A DNA stretch of 64,000 nt from Octopus sinensis (GCF_006345805.1 NC_043005.1:47430001-47494000); one strand, 5' to 3'. Shown: positions 13,421 to 25,617, counted from the first letter of the stretch. Notes: generated by a model not told the origin, from the letters alone. Made by a program: numbers and translations.

Positions 13421-13717
13421 TTGAACATGGAATGGTTATGAAGATCCACCTGAGCAAAATAGGAATCAAAAGGGTTCATAGATTAAAAAGTGATTGAGGG
13501 CCTCTGCTTTAGATAATATAAATCCAAGGTAAGCTCAGAGAGTGGCAATTAAAATATTTAAATTCTATCTGTTTCAGGTTGCAAATTTTTGTCACTTCTG
13601 CATATCAATTAAATAATTGTTAGTAAAATACTAAGATAATCCCATTGACTATTCTTCTTTCCAACAAGATATTGGTCTAAAATAATAATAGCAATAATGA
13701 TAATACCTATAAGATAG

Positions 13718-13779
13718 TGGATCATCTGTTGCTTGGAGTGGTTGCACAGCAGTTGTCAGCATTGTGCCTCCTACAAACA
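13718..13779 (+). CDS. Candidate exon, frame ambiguous (GSSVAWSGCTAVVSIVPPTN or DHLLLGVVAQQLSALCLLQT)
   Basis: Strong donor ACA|GTAAGT at 13780; unique non-repeat sequence; two open frames; acceptor weak (13714 or 13718). Confidence 0.35.
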
Positions 13780-14179
13780 GTAAGTATGAGAGATTCATAT
13801 CTATACAGATACTTAAATACTAAAGCAAAATAAAACATATAAATATATAAACGGAATTTTGCTTTTGTTGTAAATGTTAAGAGGAGAAAATATTCCCTTT
13901 GATCATAAAATACAGGATATAAAGATATTTAACAATGAATGCAGATTAAAGAGATACCTTTCTGTATTTGACATTTAATTAAGCAACTCTTTAAAACACT
14001 ACAAACTTATGAAGATTGTTTTACACAAGAAACAGTAGCTGAAATTACAAACACTTGAAGAGCTTGAAACATTGTTTACACTATTATTATAGTTAGTATC
14101 CTCTCTGTAATGCACCCACCACCAACCCAACTATCACCTTTGTGGCAGTAATAAAGAAAATATTATTATCATTATTATA

Positions 14180-14357
14180 TAGGTGATGAACTGGCAGAAT
14201 CATTAGCACGGTAGGCAAAATGCTTGGCAGTATTTCATTTGTCTTTACATTCTGAGTTCAAATTCCACTGCAGTTGACTTTGCATTTTGTCGATTTTGAG
14301 TCTACAAAACTTTAAATTATATTGAGCCAACTCAAAGTGTTATTGAATAAATAAATA

Positions 14358-14391
<34 letters not shown>

Positions 14392-17300
14392 TCTTTTACT
14401 CTCTTACTTGTTTCAGTCAGTTGACTGCGGCCATGCTGGAGCACCGCCTTTAGTTGAGCAAATCGACCCCAGGACTTATTCTTTGTAAGCCTAGTACTTA
14501 TTCTATCGATCTCTTTTGCCAACTTGCTAAGTTACGGGGACGTAAACACACCAGCATCGGTTATCAGGCGATGTTGGGAGGGGGGGACAAACATAGACAC
14601 ACAAACATATTCACACACATACACGACAGGCTTCTTTCAGTTTCCATCTACCAAATCCATTCACAAGGCTTTGGTCAGCCCAAGGTGCCTTACAGTGGGA
14701 CTGAACCCAGAACCATGTGGTTGGTAAGCAAGCTACTTACCACACAGCCACTCCTGCGTCTATATATATACATTGAAAGAATATTTATTTACCAAATGCA
14801 GTTTTCAACACCCGTTCTCAATAGTATGCTATATTTATATAAATGTTTGTGTGTGTAATAAATGACAAAACAGCAACAGTTGCATAATTAAATCCCTTAG
14901 CTTACAGACGTTTCAGCTACAGGAATGTAGGAGGAACGAATACCAGCCTGTATTTATTTTAATATCTTCTTTAGAGATTTAACGAACACTTTTGTAATCA
15001 GAGAAACAAAAATGTAGAAATATGCATGCATGCATAAACTCTTATATAGACATACATACATATGAATGGATGCACATATATGCATTCCCATATATATATC
15101 ACAAGTATATGCATACATAGTAAGTAAAAACCATAATAATTATTTCCAATTATGGCACAAGGTCAAGGACATTCATGGGAGCCATTATTTCCAGTACTTT
15201 ATTTATATCAAGTACTGGTACTTTATTATATCAAGTCTTAGAAAATGAAAGGCAAAGTTGTCTTTAGCAGGATTTGAACACAGAATGTATGGAGATGGAA
15301 CAATATATTGCAATATGTTGTGCATGGCATTGTTGGCAAGTGTTTACCTACTATTGCCCCGGCTCAGCCAAAGCCTGGTAGTGAAAGTTCATCACGTATG
15401 AATGTGTGTGCATGCATGTGTGTGTGTGTATGTATGTATGTGTAAATAAGTAAATAAGTTATAGTAGAAGACACTTGCCCAAGGGGCCATGCAGTGGGAC
15501 TGAACCCAGAACCATGTGGTTGTTAAGTAAGCTACTTACCACACAGCTACTCCTACGCCTATGGCATTGTTGGCAAGTGTTTACCTGCTATATACATATA
15601 CATACATACATACACACACACATATATATATATACATGCACACAAATTAATAAAATTTTACTCTATGTATGGAATGCCTTTTTTCTCTTAGAAATTTATA
15701 GATATATGTGGCTGCGTTTATGTGTATGTTTTTGTGTGTGTGTGATGCATTTGTGCATGGGTTTCTCTACACAAGTGCATTTATATTTAAACCTATGTAT
15801 TGGTTTATGTATTGATTATTTATCTCTTCATTATAACAAATGGTCATTAATGAAAACATCAACTCCTTTGTTAGTACAACATCATAGAAATGTACAAAGC
15901 ATGACTGAAGAAGAGATATGAGGTGTTACCAGATTGGATCATTAGATATTGTTTAGTTTAATGTAATTATAATATCCATATCATTGCACTTAGAAATTAG
16001 CTGCCAAGTATTGCTTAAAATTCTCTTATAATATAGTGTACAAATATGAAACTAGAAACACCTACCGAAGAATATATATATATATTTTTGCAGTCAATAT
16101 CTGATCATCGTTGAACTTCTTACTGTTGACCCTACAAAATAAATAACTGTTCAGTGGCTTACACCTATGTAAACTATATTATCTCCTTATTTTATCACAT
16201 TAACTCTCTATTCTCTCTGTTTCTCTCTCTATTCCATATTCACATTTGCTTCTCTTTATTGAGAACTTGTTTTCAATTGGTCAAGTAATTTGAACTGAAA
16301 AACATATATCAGGCTGAGAATAATAATAAAAATATGTGTGAAGAATATGAAAATCTCCTTAGATGTATTTGCCTGAATATTCAACTTATGCAAGTATTGT
16401 TATAAATCTGCTTATAAGGAATACAAAACAATGATATTACTTCTAAGTGGTCACTCAATCTACAACAAAGCTCCAATTAGAATGAGAATATTCCCACTTT
16501 CATATGATCTTGAGCAAACGAAGGAAGCATTGTGCAGTTGCCCAACCTGAAAAACAATAGTAATCAACTCTCTGTCGAATCATTCTTTACTATCATACAA
16601 TGAAAACGTGATATCAAATCATTAAAAGTTCTGCAATGGTTGACTTTGTCTTTCACCTTCTGGAGTCAATAAAATAAGTACCAGTTGAGCACTTGAGTTG
16701 ATGTAGTCAACTTACACTCCTCCCACAAAACTGCTGGTCTTGTACCAAAATTTGAGACTCACTTTAAATCATTAGACCATTTTCATTTCATCCTATTTCA
16801 AACCTACAATACTCAGTAACTTTTCCTGATACCCCTTATTATGCATTATCTGTAGGCATCAAGTAAATTGTACAGATATTAAATAAATTTTCTTCTCCTA
16901 TCAAGAGTAGACCTTCAATTCAAAAGTCAAGTGCATGGCTTATAATCTACTGAAAATTAAAGTACAATATCTTGTGGTTTATAAAAATTATGATAAATAT
17001 GTCATTAATAATTTCGTCACAGCTTCACTGCATGCAATATCCTTTCTACTACAGGCACAAGGTCTGAAATTTTGTGGGTGGGGGCTAGTCAGTTACATTG
17101 ACCCAAGTACTCAACTTGTTCTTATTTCATAAACCTTGAAAGGATAAAATGCAAAGTCAACCTCAGTGAAATTTGAACTCAGAAGAACGAAAAACAGCTG
17201 AAATGTTGCTAAGCCTTTTCTGGTGTGCTAACTTAGACCTCTACAGAACGTGTCCAATGGATTTATGACAATTTAGGAGATTTTCAGATTATTATTATTA

Positions 17301-17710
17301 TGACTATTAAGATTATTGAAATTATTAAAACAATATATATTTGTGGTTTGCCTCTAAAAAGTAATCATAAATGAAATATTATATAGACAACCATAAATAA
17401 ATCTGCTTGTGTCTATAGATCAGATTGCCTTGATTTATTTTTATTCATAAATTTTTGTAAATATTAATTTAGCAATTAATATTTTCAGATTTTCTCACGG
17501 TGGTGAGCTGGCAAAATCATCAACATGCCAGGCAACATGCTTAGTGGAATTTCGTGTTTCCTTGTTCTGAGTTCAAACTCCACCAAGGTTGACTTTGCTT
17601 TTCGTTTTTTGGTTGGTAAAATAAGTACCAGTTGAGCACTGGGGCTGTTGTAATTGACTAACCCCTATCCTAAATTTACTGGCCTTGTGCAAACATTTGA
17701 AACCAATATT
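14180..17710. mobile_element. Cluster of SINE family B copies: 14180-14310(+), 15150-15330(-), 16620-16770(+), 17065-17225(-), 17497-17710(+); family A head fragment 15458-15562(-)
   Basis: Recurrent motifs GAGCTGGCAGAA, TTCTGAGTTCAAAT, GTTGACTTTGCCTTTCA, AATAAGTACCAGTTGAGCAC. Confidence 0.8.
14390..14757 (-). mobile_element. SINE family A, near-consensus copy
   Basis: Full tail-to-head alignment with 36730 and 30122; CpG-rich, so relatively young. Confidence 0.92.
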
Positions 17711-18597
17711 TTCAGGTTTTCTAAGATTGTTAGTATGTAATTGTTCATATTTTTGTGTTCTGAGTTCAAATTCCTTGAAAAAAAATTTTGCTTTTCTTCC
17801 TGGAATCAATAAAATAAGTGCCACTCATTACTAAAGTCGATATATTTAGTTACTCATAACCCTCAGGTAAATGGTTTCAAGCCTATAGTAAAAAATAACT
17901 ATTTCCAGGTTTTACACCCAAATATACAATTCATAAATTAACAAAAACTTCAATTTCAACGATATATATTAATTTCATTAATAATTTAGCAATGTTAAAG
18001 GATATTTCATGATTGACAAAAAGAAGCCTTTCTGTATTTATTTACTTGTTTACTTTACCTATTTACTTACATAACTACATAGCACCAATGTTAAGGAATT
18101 AAGTCAACTGTTTATTGTATCTTTAATTTTCATCCATACATCTGCCAAAATATTGATGTCAGAGATTTCTTGCAAGGTTAAAATCTTGGCAGATGTGATT
18201 TAAGTCATGTGGATAAAATGTAAATTCAAAATCCACTCAATTAATTCTATTTACTTAAACCTTTCTATAGTTATATACAAACTGGCAGTGTATCAACTTA
18301 TTTCTCTCTGGAAAAATTAAATATTAAAAAAAATCAGCAGGTAGAGGTGAAAATTAGCCAATAGCAAAGAGGGTGTATAGAATATGAAAAGATCAAAGTT
18401 TAGCTTAGAGGGAAAACAAAATATGTGGCTAGAAATATAAACCCAAACAGTAAATTGGTTTTCTGTAACTTGAAGAAAAGTTATTAACCTTTTTTGTTTT
18501 ATTATTCTATTTTATCTTTTATTCATCTCTTTATTTTCCTTTTTATTTCAATTGATTTTGTGTTATTGTTATTTTTCTATTTGGGGGTTTATTTCAC

Positions 18598-18735
18598 TCA
18601 TACATATATACATACATACCTACATACATACATACATACATACATACATACATACATACATACATACATACATACATACATACATACATGCATGCATATA
18701 CATGCAGACATACATGTGTGTGTGTGTGTGTATGC
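18598..18735. repeat. (CATA)n microsatellite
   Basis: Seen directly. Confidence 0.95.
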
Positions 18736-19330
18736 ATATGAGAAATCTTATTGAAGCAGTTGTCATATTTGATATATTAGTTCTTGCTATGATCAAATAT
18801 AGAATAAAAAAATAAATATTGGTAATAAGAATGAAAAAAATATTTATGAGAAATATATAAAAGAGAGAATCTTTTAGCTCAGTTATCAATAACAATAAAT
18901 ACAGAATTGATTAAGAAGTTATGTTTTTATATGTATATATTTGTGATATGTCAAAACATCACATATTGATAAAAACTTCTAACAAGAAATAACACCTTTT
19001 TAAGATATTTAAACATAAAAATATTGCATTGAATGTTTCTCTTGGAGTATTAAATTCATTTCTTGATCAATGAGTAAGTTTTTCTGGCACAGAAATATGA
19101 GTTCCGGAATTGATGCTTGTATATAAAAAAGCTTTGAAGTCTATAGTTATGTAGTTCAAATTTTGCATTGATCAACTTTACTCATATTTTCTCTGAGGCT
19201 ATTAATATACTCACCAACATTGCTTTTGAATGCAACGAAGTCAAATTAGCTGAAGGCAAGCTGAATCGGCAACTTGATTTCAAATTCTGGTTGTGAATAC
19301 CTTGCTTTCTTTACATTCTGTTTATACCAG

Positions 19331-19377
19331 ATGTTGATCAACAGAATATTAACAGTATATATATCAAAACATATCTG
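19331..19377 (+). CDS. Candidate 47-nt exon (MLINRILTVYISKHI-W or x-VDQQNINSIYIKTYL)
   Basis: Good acceptor ctttctttacattctgtttataccAG; donor CTG|GTGTGT is moderate; open in two frames. Confidence 0.3.
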
Positions 19378-19597
19378 GTGTGTTATTATTACCACTTAGT
19401 CTTTGGTCAACACTTCAGTAAAAAGACCAGTGATCAAAGGCATTCCAGCAGTAACCATCTCATTTTTTTCTTTTTTCCTTCTTTTTTATTTCTTTTCTCT
19501 CTCTCACTTTTTTTTCTTTTTTTTGCAAAAGAATATATCTAGAATTACATTATCCAAAGTATCCTTTTTTTAAATTTTTTTCTGAGCCAGAGTTTCA

Positions 19598-19809
19598 TTA
19601 CCAACCTGGCTGAAACCGGCTCTGGCCCTGAGTACAAATGTCTTGTTTTCATAAGTTTGTAATTGAAATCTTCCACCAAATCTTAGTCACAATTTATGTT
19701 CCTAACACTAGCTTAAGGATAACTAAGTTATTTTATTAAATTCTTTGTTAAATTTAAAGTAATTGAAAGAAACATAGAACATCTCAAAATAAATACAGTA
19801 ACAAAAGGG
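19598..19809. mobile_element. piggyBac-type MITE family 1, left end eroded
   Basis: Closely matches 31195-31412; ends AAAGGG|TTAA. Confidence 0.85.
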
Positions 19810-19819
19810 TTAATATTTC

Positions 19820-20018
19820 CAGCAGGCAAGCATACATGCAACTCATACTTGCAGCATTCAAATATCTTATGTTTGCCCATTCATTCTACTGAGGTTGACT
19901 TTACCTTTCATCTTTTCGGGGGTCAATAAAATGGGTACCAGTTGAGTACTGGGGTCAATGTAATTGACTTACCCCCATCCCCCAAGGTACTGGCCTCATG
20001 CCAAAATTTGAAACCAAT
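19820..20018 (+). mobile_element. SINE family B
   Basis: Core GAGGTTGACTTTACCTTTCATCTTTTCGGG...CCAAAATTTGAAACC. Confidence 0.8.
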
Positions 20019-20177
20019 ATATCAGCTATAAAGGGGTAACCCTGCAATGAACTAGCCTTCCAATCAGAGGGTATGTTGGTCTGCTCATCTAGTCAGCGGG
20101 ATGGTATCATTCAAATGCTAAAATGATGCAAAGTGCATTGTGACCAGCAATGTATAACATCTGATAGTCTGGTTGAT

Positions 20178-20679
20178 CACACGTGCAACCAAGAGAATAC
20201 TCTCCATCTGGCATTTGCCATATTCTGAACGACTTACTTCCCTGGGCATGGATACATTGACACTCCGACGTCTGGCAGCTGACTTGGCAGACACCCATAA
20301 AATTATTAACCATCCTACTAACAATAACTCTGAGCACCTTTCCAAACTCCACCTGTCTAACACCCGTGGACATGTTTACAAAGTCAGAAAACAGGACAGC
20401 TCCCATGACTTTCGGAAACATTTTTTCACACTAAGAGTTCCTGAAGTATGGAACAAACTGCCAGCATCAGTTGTTAGTTGTCGGAGCTCTGCATCCTTCA
20501 AAACTTCCATGCTTCCTGAGATTCCCCAACACTACACTTGATATTCTCTCTTCCATACACACGCAAGCATGTATCTGACTCGTACACTGTTCACTTCCCA
20601 GACATTTGTACATTACTGTATATGCTTTATATGCACTTTTGACAAGTTGCGGTGCACCTGAGCACTGTATACAATAATT

Positions 20680-20680
<1 letters not shown>
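20178..20680 (+). mobile_element. CR1-clade LINE 3' end
   Basis: RATKRI...LPYSERL...LRRL..DL...SNTRGHVYKVRK...RKHFFTLRVPEVWNKLP is the CR1 ORF2 C-terminus; 3' UTR ends in (ATT)n. Confidence 0.9.
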
Positions 20681-20725
<45 letters not shown>

Positions 20726-20729
<4 letters not shown>

Positions 20730-21156
20730 TAGTTTTATTTTTATAGCGTGCTTTCACTTCACTACCGAGCGCAGCTCTGTGTGCCTTGGGTATGTGCTGT
20801 GATTTGTTGTGATGCTCTGATGGTTATTGTATGGAAAGTGTTCTGCGTAGGATGCGTGCAGTGCCTAGTAGTGCAATTTTCTGTATGTTATATGTGTTTG
20901 TAAGTCCTGGTGTTTTTGTTATGTATTTGTCTGAATATTTTTTTATCATGCCTAATGCACCTACTATGATAGGAATTGTTTCTGTTTTCAGATTCCACAT
21001 TCTAGTTACCTCTACTTCCAGGTCTTTGTATTTTGAGAGTTTCTCCATTTCTTTTAGAGACACGTTGTCATCAGCCGGTATTGATACATCAATTAGAAAG
21101 CATTTTTTTTTTTTTCTTCATGGTCTCTGACAACTATATCTGGTCTGTTGGCCTTA
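20726..21156 (-). mobile_element. R4/Dong-like 3' end (RLE domain + 3' UTR), flanked on both sides by TAA repeats
   Basis: ANRPDIVVR...CFLIDVSIPADDNVSLKEMEKLSKYKDLE...PIIVGALG...IQKIALLGTARILRR is a PD-(D/E)xK RLE domain. Confidence 0.92.
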
Positions 21157-21728
21157 TTATTATTATTATTATTATTATAATCACATGAATATCTATTATA
21201 AAAAGCAATCGGATATTAAGGAGAAAAACATGAACTCAGTCCTCAGTACAAGAAAATACAAATAAAGTGAAGGGGAAGAATATCGAGAAATTTGTGAGTG
21301 CTTGTTTTCAAGTTAATAGTTAATAAAAAAAGGTTAATAGTTAAGTAAAAAGTAAACTGTTTTATAATCAGATATGAAGTTAGTTTAATGGGGATGATAC
21401 ATAAAAATTATTTCTTTGCTACTCGTCAGAAAATACTGAGACAAATTAAGACAATGTTAAAAATAATGATAGCTGCATCAAAAATGAAATGCATTTAGTG
21501 TTTCTATAACATCTAGAGTGAACAAAATGTAACATTTAGCAATTAAATAGGTATGACTGTGTGGTAAGAAGCTTGCTTCCCAACCAGTTTTCCAATTTCT
21601 GTCCCACTGTGTGAAATCTTCAACAAGTGTCTTCTACTTCTACTATAGCCTCTGTTTTACCAAAACCTTGTGAGTGGATCTGGTAGATGGAAACTGAAAG
21701 AAGCCTGTCAGGCATGTGTGTATGTGTG

Positions 21729-21769
<41 letters not shown>

Positions 21770-21777
<8 letters not shown>

Positions 21778-22083
21778 TACATATATATATGTATTTGTAA
21801 ATATGTATTTATATTTATATGTATGTATGCATATATATATATATGAATTAGAGAAAAACCACTATTATGCAATTCAAGCAATGATAGAAATAAAACAAAT
21901 CATAAATAAAAAATAAAATATATTTTAAAACATATAACTAGATCACAAAAAGTACAAAAATGAATAAACAATATATAATAAGTAAAAAGACTACGTACAT
22001 TTCACGGCTGTAATTTAATACTTGATTTAATACTAAATTGAATTTTTCCCTGTAAGTTTGGAGTTATACTCCCTAATATTATC

Positions 22084-22114
<31 letters not shown>

Positions 22115-22434
22115 ATAATATATATAATATATATACATATATATGTATTTGTAAATATGTATTTATATTTATATGTATGTATGCATATATATATATATGA
22201 ATTAGAGAAAAACCACTATTATGCAATTCAAGCAATGATAGAAATAAACCAAATCATAAATAAAAAATAAAATATATTTTAAAACATATAACTAGATCAC
22301 AAAAAGTACAAAAATGAATAAACAATATATAATAAGTAAAAAGACTACGTACATTTCACGGCTGTAATTTAATACTTGATTTAATACTAAATTGAATTTT
22401 TCCCTGTAAGTTTGGAGTTATACTCCCTAATATT

Positions 22435-22445
<11 letters not shown>
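21770..22445. repeat. Direct tandem duplication, period 354 bp
   Basis: GAATTAGAGAAAAACC at 21845 and 22199; the only difference I found outside the TA tracts is one substitution (ATAAAACAAATC/ATAAACCAAATC). Confidence 0.95.
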
Positions 22446-22473
<28 letters not shown>

Positions 22474-22483
22474 TATATATATG

Positions 22484-22654
22484 TTCTGTAAATAATTATT
22501 ATAAGCTTTAAGCTTATAAGTATTTACTGTGTATTGGCTATAGAAACTAGTGTAACAGTGGGCTTATATGTCCCAATGTTGGGCTATTTTTTATAACCAA
22601 TACATGATGAATGCTTATTTATAAGCTTAAAGCTAATAATTATTATTTACAGAA
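22484..22654. mobile_element. Foldback/MITE-like imperfect palindrome
   Basis: TTCTGTAAATAAT...AGCTTTAAGCTTATAA mirrored by TTATAAGCTTAAAGCT...ATTATTTACAGAA; inner arms GTATTGGCTATAGAAA / TTTTATAACCAATAC. Confidence 0.8.
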
Positions 22655-22946
22655 TTTTCACTCATCACCATTTCTTAATTTAATGCAATGTGTATGTGTG
22701 TATGTGTGAGTGTATCTGTGTGTGTTTGTCCCCCCACCACTGTTTGACAACTGTTGGCGTATTTATGTCCCTGTAACTTAGCACTCCAGCAAAAGTAAGT
22801 GACAGAAGTACCGTGCCTAAAAACAAATTAATACTGGAGTCAATTCATCTGATTAAAATAATCCTTCAACATCTCCATCCACAGTATAGCCCCAGTCTAC
22901 TGACTGAAATATGTAAAAGATAAAAGATAAAATCTATATATATATG

Positions 22947-22984
<38 letters not shown>

Positions 22985-23034
22985 AATTTTTTGCGTAGTA
23001 AGATAAAAAAAAAGAAGGTTGTGTAGATATTAGA

Positions 23035-23545
23035 GCATTTATAGATAAAAGGTCTTACAGCTGTTTCCAGGATATTTATTAATTATATGCCTTCATCAGA
23101 GACAGTGTGAGAGGATAATCAAGTCATAGTAAGTTTAGATGTGATACAAAATAGAGAGTGAGGAAAGAAAATAGATGCAAGATATATATATATATGTATA
23201 CATACATATATATATATATATATGTATATATATGAATGTGTATGTATATATGTATACATATATATATATATACATATACACATGTGTGTGTGTGTATATC
23301 TTAGATTCTCGTCTTGTAGCAGAAGAGAAATTTGGTATTGTGGAAGTGGATAAATAAATTACTCAAACATTCAGCTCTGGTTATTGAACCTTATTCTCTG
23401 GTTGGCAGCTTTTAACAGAATTTTGATATCATCTGAATCAGAAGTTTAATAATAAATGGCAGAGCAATCAGTATAAAAGGTTTCAACTCAATTTATCACT
23501 AAAACTCTTATCTTCAACAAATACAGTACAATATAATTGAGTGAA
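23035..23545 (-). mobile_element. Probable Penelope-like 3' fragment split by a (TA)n tract
   Basis: Minus strand has a TCTGATGAAGG...GGAAACAGCTGTAAG terminal-type motif and a degenerate DDIKILLKAANQRIR segment. Confidence 0.4.
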
Positions 23546-23650
23546 AATTATAAAACTGAATGATAAGAAAATTCAGGTAACATTTCGCTAAAGATGTAAT
23601 ATTTTTTTCAAGTTCAAAATTATAATTTTTTAATCTTTTCTTTTTAATAG

Positions 23651-23733
23651 GGATTTGGAGATGTTAGATGAAACAAAATCGTATGAAACTATACTATTTG
23701 CAATGGACAAAAATACAAAGCCATCATGAGAAT
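23651..23733 (+). pseudogene. Candidate exon, start of a MATH-like domain (DLEMLDETKSYETILFAMDKNTKPS*E) with in-frame TGA at 23727-23729
   Basis: Very strong acceptor ttttaatcttttctttttaatAG; donor AAT|GTATGG; phase 2 to 1, compatible with exon 32525; paralogous copy at 24934 keeps the same frame. Confidence 0.45.
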
Positions 23734-23759
23734 GTATGGCACTGGTACTGGCACTATGC

Positions 23760-24045
23760 TGGTTATGACGATGAGGGTTCCAGTTGGTTCGATCAATAGA
23801 ACAGCCTCTTCATGAAGTGAATGTGCATGTGGCTGAGCACTCCACAGTTACGTGGCGCTCAGGGGGATTCAGTGTGGTACAGAATGTGACACGGCTGTCC
23901 CTTTTGAAATATAGGTGCTACCTATTTTTGCCAGCCCAGCTGAATGGACTATTGCAACATGAAATAGAGTGTCTTGCTTAAGGACACAATGCATCACCAA
24001 GAATTGAACTCATGACCTTGCAATCATGACCCACGTGCCTTCAAT
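23760..24045 (-). mobile_element. SINE family C (tail type 1), degraded
   Basis: Aligns along its length to 25023-25350. Confidence 0.85.
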
Positions 24046-24933
24046 GATAATTTATAAAGTACTATAATTTCTAAAATTATAATACCACAGAAGGGTTTTT
24101 CATAATTATAATTCCTTCAAAACGTTGTTATAATTTTTAAAAATCAACGTATCCATGATACAAGCAATGGCTATGTGGTTATGAAGTTTAACTGGCAACC
24201 ACATTTTTCGAGTTCAATTTCAGTGTGATTTTATTCGTGTGTCTTCTACCATAGTGTCAGCTTGACAAAACCCTTCTGAGTGAAATTTACTAGATGGCAA
24301 CCATCTTTTATACTACATCTGTTTCACTCACTGTTTACTGGGGTAACATCTTGAGTGTAGTTGAACAAAGCAACCCCTTACTAACCTTTTTTAATAAGTA
24401 AACCCAATACTTATTGTTTGAAAGCCTGCTGCCTATCTTATTGGTACTTTTGCCGGTAAGATTGTCTCTCACCAAATTCTCAAATTGCCCATGGATATAC
24501 TTGCTTCACTTTCTGTCTTTTCTATCAATACTGCAATGATCTCTATTCCTTGGAACTGGCTGTTACCATTCTACTTCCTCAAAGGCACTTCCAATTCATG
24601 CATCATCATCATCATCATCCAGATTTTGATGTCTACCCTGCAAGTTCAGCCTAACCAATATACCCTGTCCTTCTTTCTCAGAATCTAACCTTCCATAATT
24701 CTACCCCTGCACATGTTTTTCCTACATTCACCAACTTGTAACTGTTTAAGCAGAAAATTAAAGACATTCATTAGCCAAGTATCAGAGGACTTGGATTGAC
24801 AAAGACCACAATACCTTCCTTACAGACCTAAGGAAAAAACAAAACCAAGAACCAAAACAAAACAGCTGGCCATCACCCCTCTGTTATAATTCTGGTATTT
24901 TATCATAATATTTTGTCTATGATAAGAATGTAG

Positions 24934-25008
24934 AGATATTAGATGAAGCAAAATCATGAGAATCTATATAATTTACAATGGACAAAAATATTAAGTCATT
25001 GGTACAAT
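24934..25008 (+). pseudogene. Degraded duplicate of the 23651 exon (EILDEAKS*ESI*FTMDKNIKSLVQ)
   Basis: Colinear codon-level similarity to 23658-23733, two stops, same donor position (CAAT|GTATAA). Confidence 0.6.
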
Positions 25009-25022
25009 GTATAAAGTACTAT

Positions 25023-25350
25023 CTTAAAAGACTCCGCCGGTTACGACGACGAGGGTCCCAGCTGATACGATCAACGGAACAGCTTGCTCGTGAAATTAAC
25101 GTGCAAATGGCTGAGCATTCCACAGACATGTGTACCCTTAACGTAGTTCTCGGGGATAATCAGCGTGACACAGAGAGTGACAAGGCTGACCCTTTGAAAT
25201 ACAAGTACAACTCATTTTTGCCAGCTGAGTGGACTGGAGCAACGTGAAATAAAGTGTCTTGCTCAAGGACACAACGCGTCGCCGGGAATTGAACTCACAA
25301 CCTTATGATCATGAGCCGAATGCCCTAACCACTAAGCCACGCGCCCTCAC
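25023..25350 (-). mobile_element. SINE family C (tail type 1) with 12-bp TSD
   Basis: TSD ATAAAGTACTAT at 25011-25022 and 25351-25362; head (rc) GGCGCGTGGCTTAGTGGTTAGGG...GAGTTCAATTCC, then GTGTCCTTGAGCAAGACACTT. Confidence 0.93.
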
Positions 25351-25380
25351 ATAAAGTACTATAATACATAATAAAATACC

Positions 25381-25617
25381 TATTTCTTTACTACCCACAC
25401 GGGGGCTAAACAAAAAGGGGACAAACAAAGACAGACACACGGATTAAGGCAATTACATCAAATCCAGTGCGTAACTGGTACTTATTTAATCGACCCCGAA
25501 AGGATGAAAGGCAAAGTCGACCTCGGCGGAATTTGAACTCAGAACATAACAGCAGATGAAATATGGCTATGCATTTCACCCGGCGTGCTAATGTTTCTGC
25601 CAGCTCACCGCCTTACC
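25381..25617 (-). mobile_element. SINE family B (tail GTGGGTAGTAAAGAAATA)
   Basis: Reverse complement of 35153-35385. Confidence 0.92.

Larger units (their letters stand above)
21551..22930 (+). mobile_element. SINE family A whose internal microsatellite holds a duplicated segment and a foldback element
   Basis: Head half 21551-21715 and body/tail half 22690-22930, separated by about 970 bp. Confidence 0.7.

Noticed and set aside
13718-13779. WSGCTAVV resembling a PP2C phosphatase motif
   Set aside because: No other PP2C motif found in any candidate exon, and the frame is ambiguous
25290-25350. tRNA-like sequences with A/B boxes (also 29630, 52676, 30122)
   Set aside because: They run directly into SINE bodies and lack a full cloverleaf; they are SINE heads, not tRNA genes
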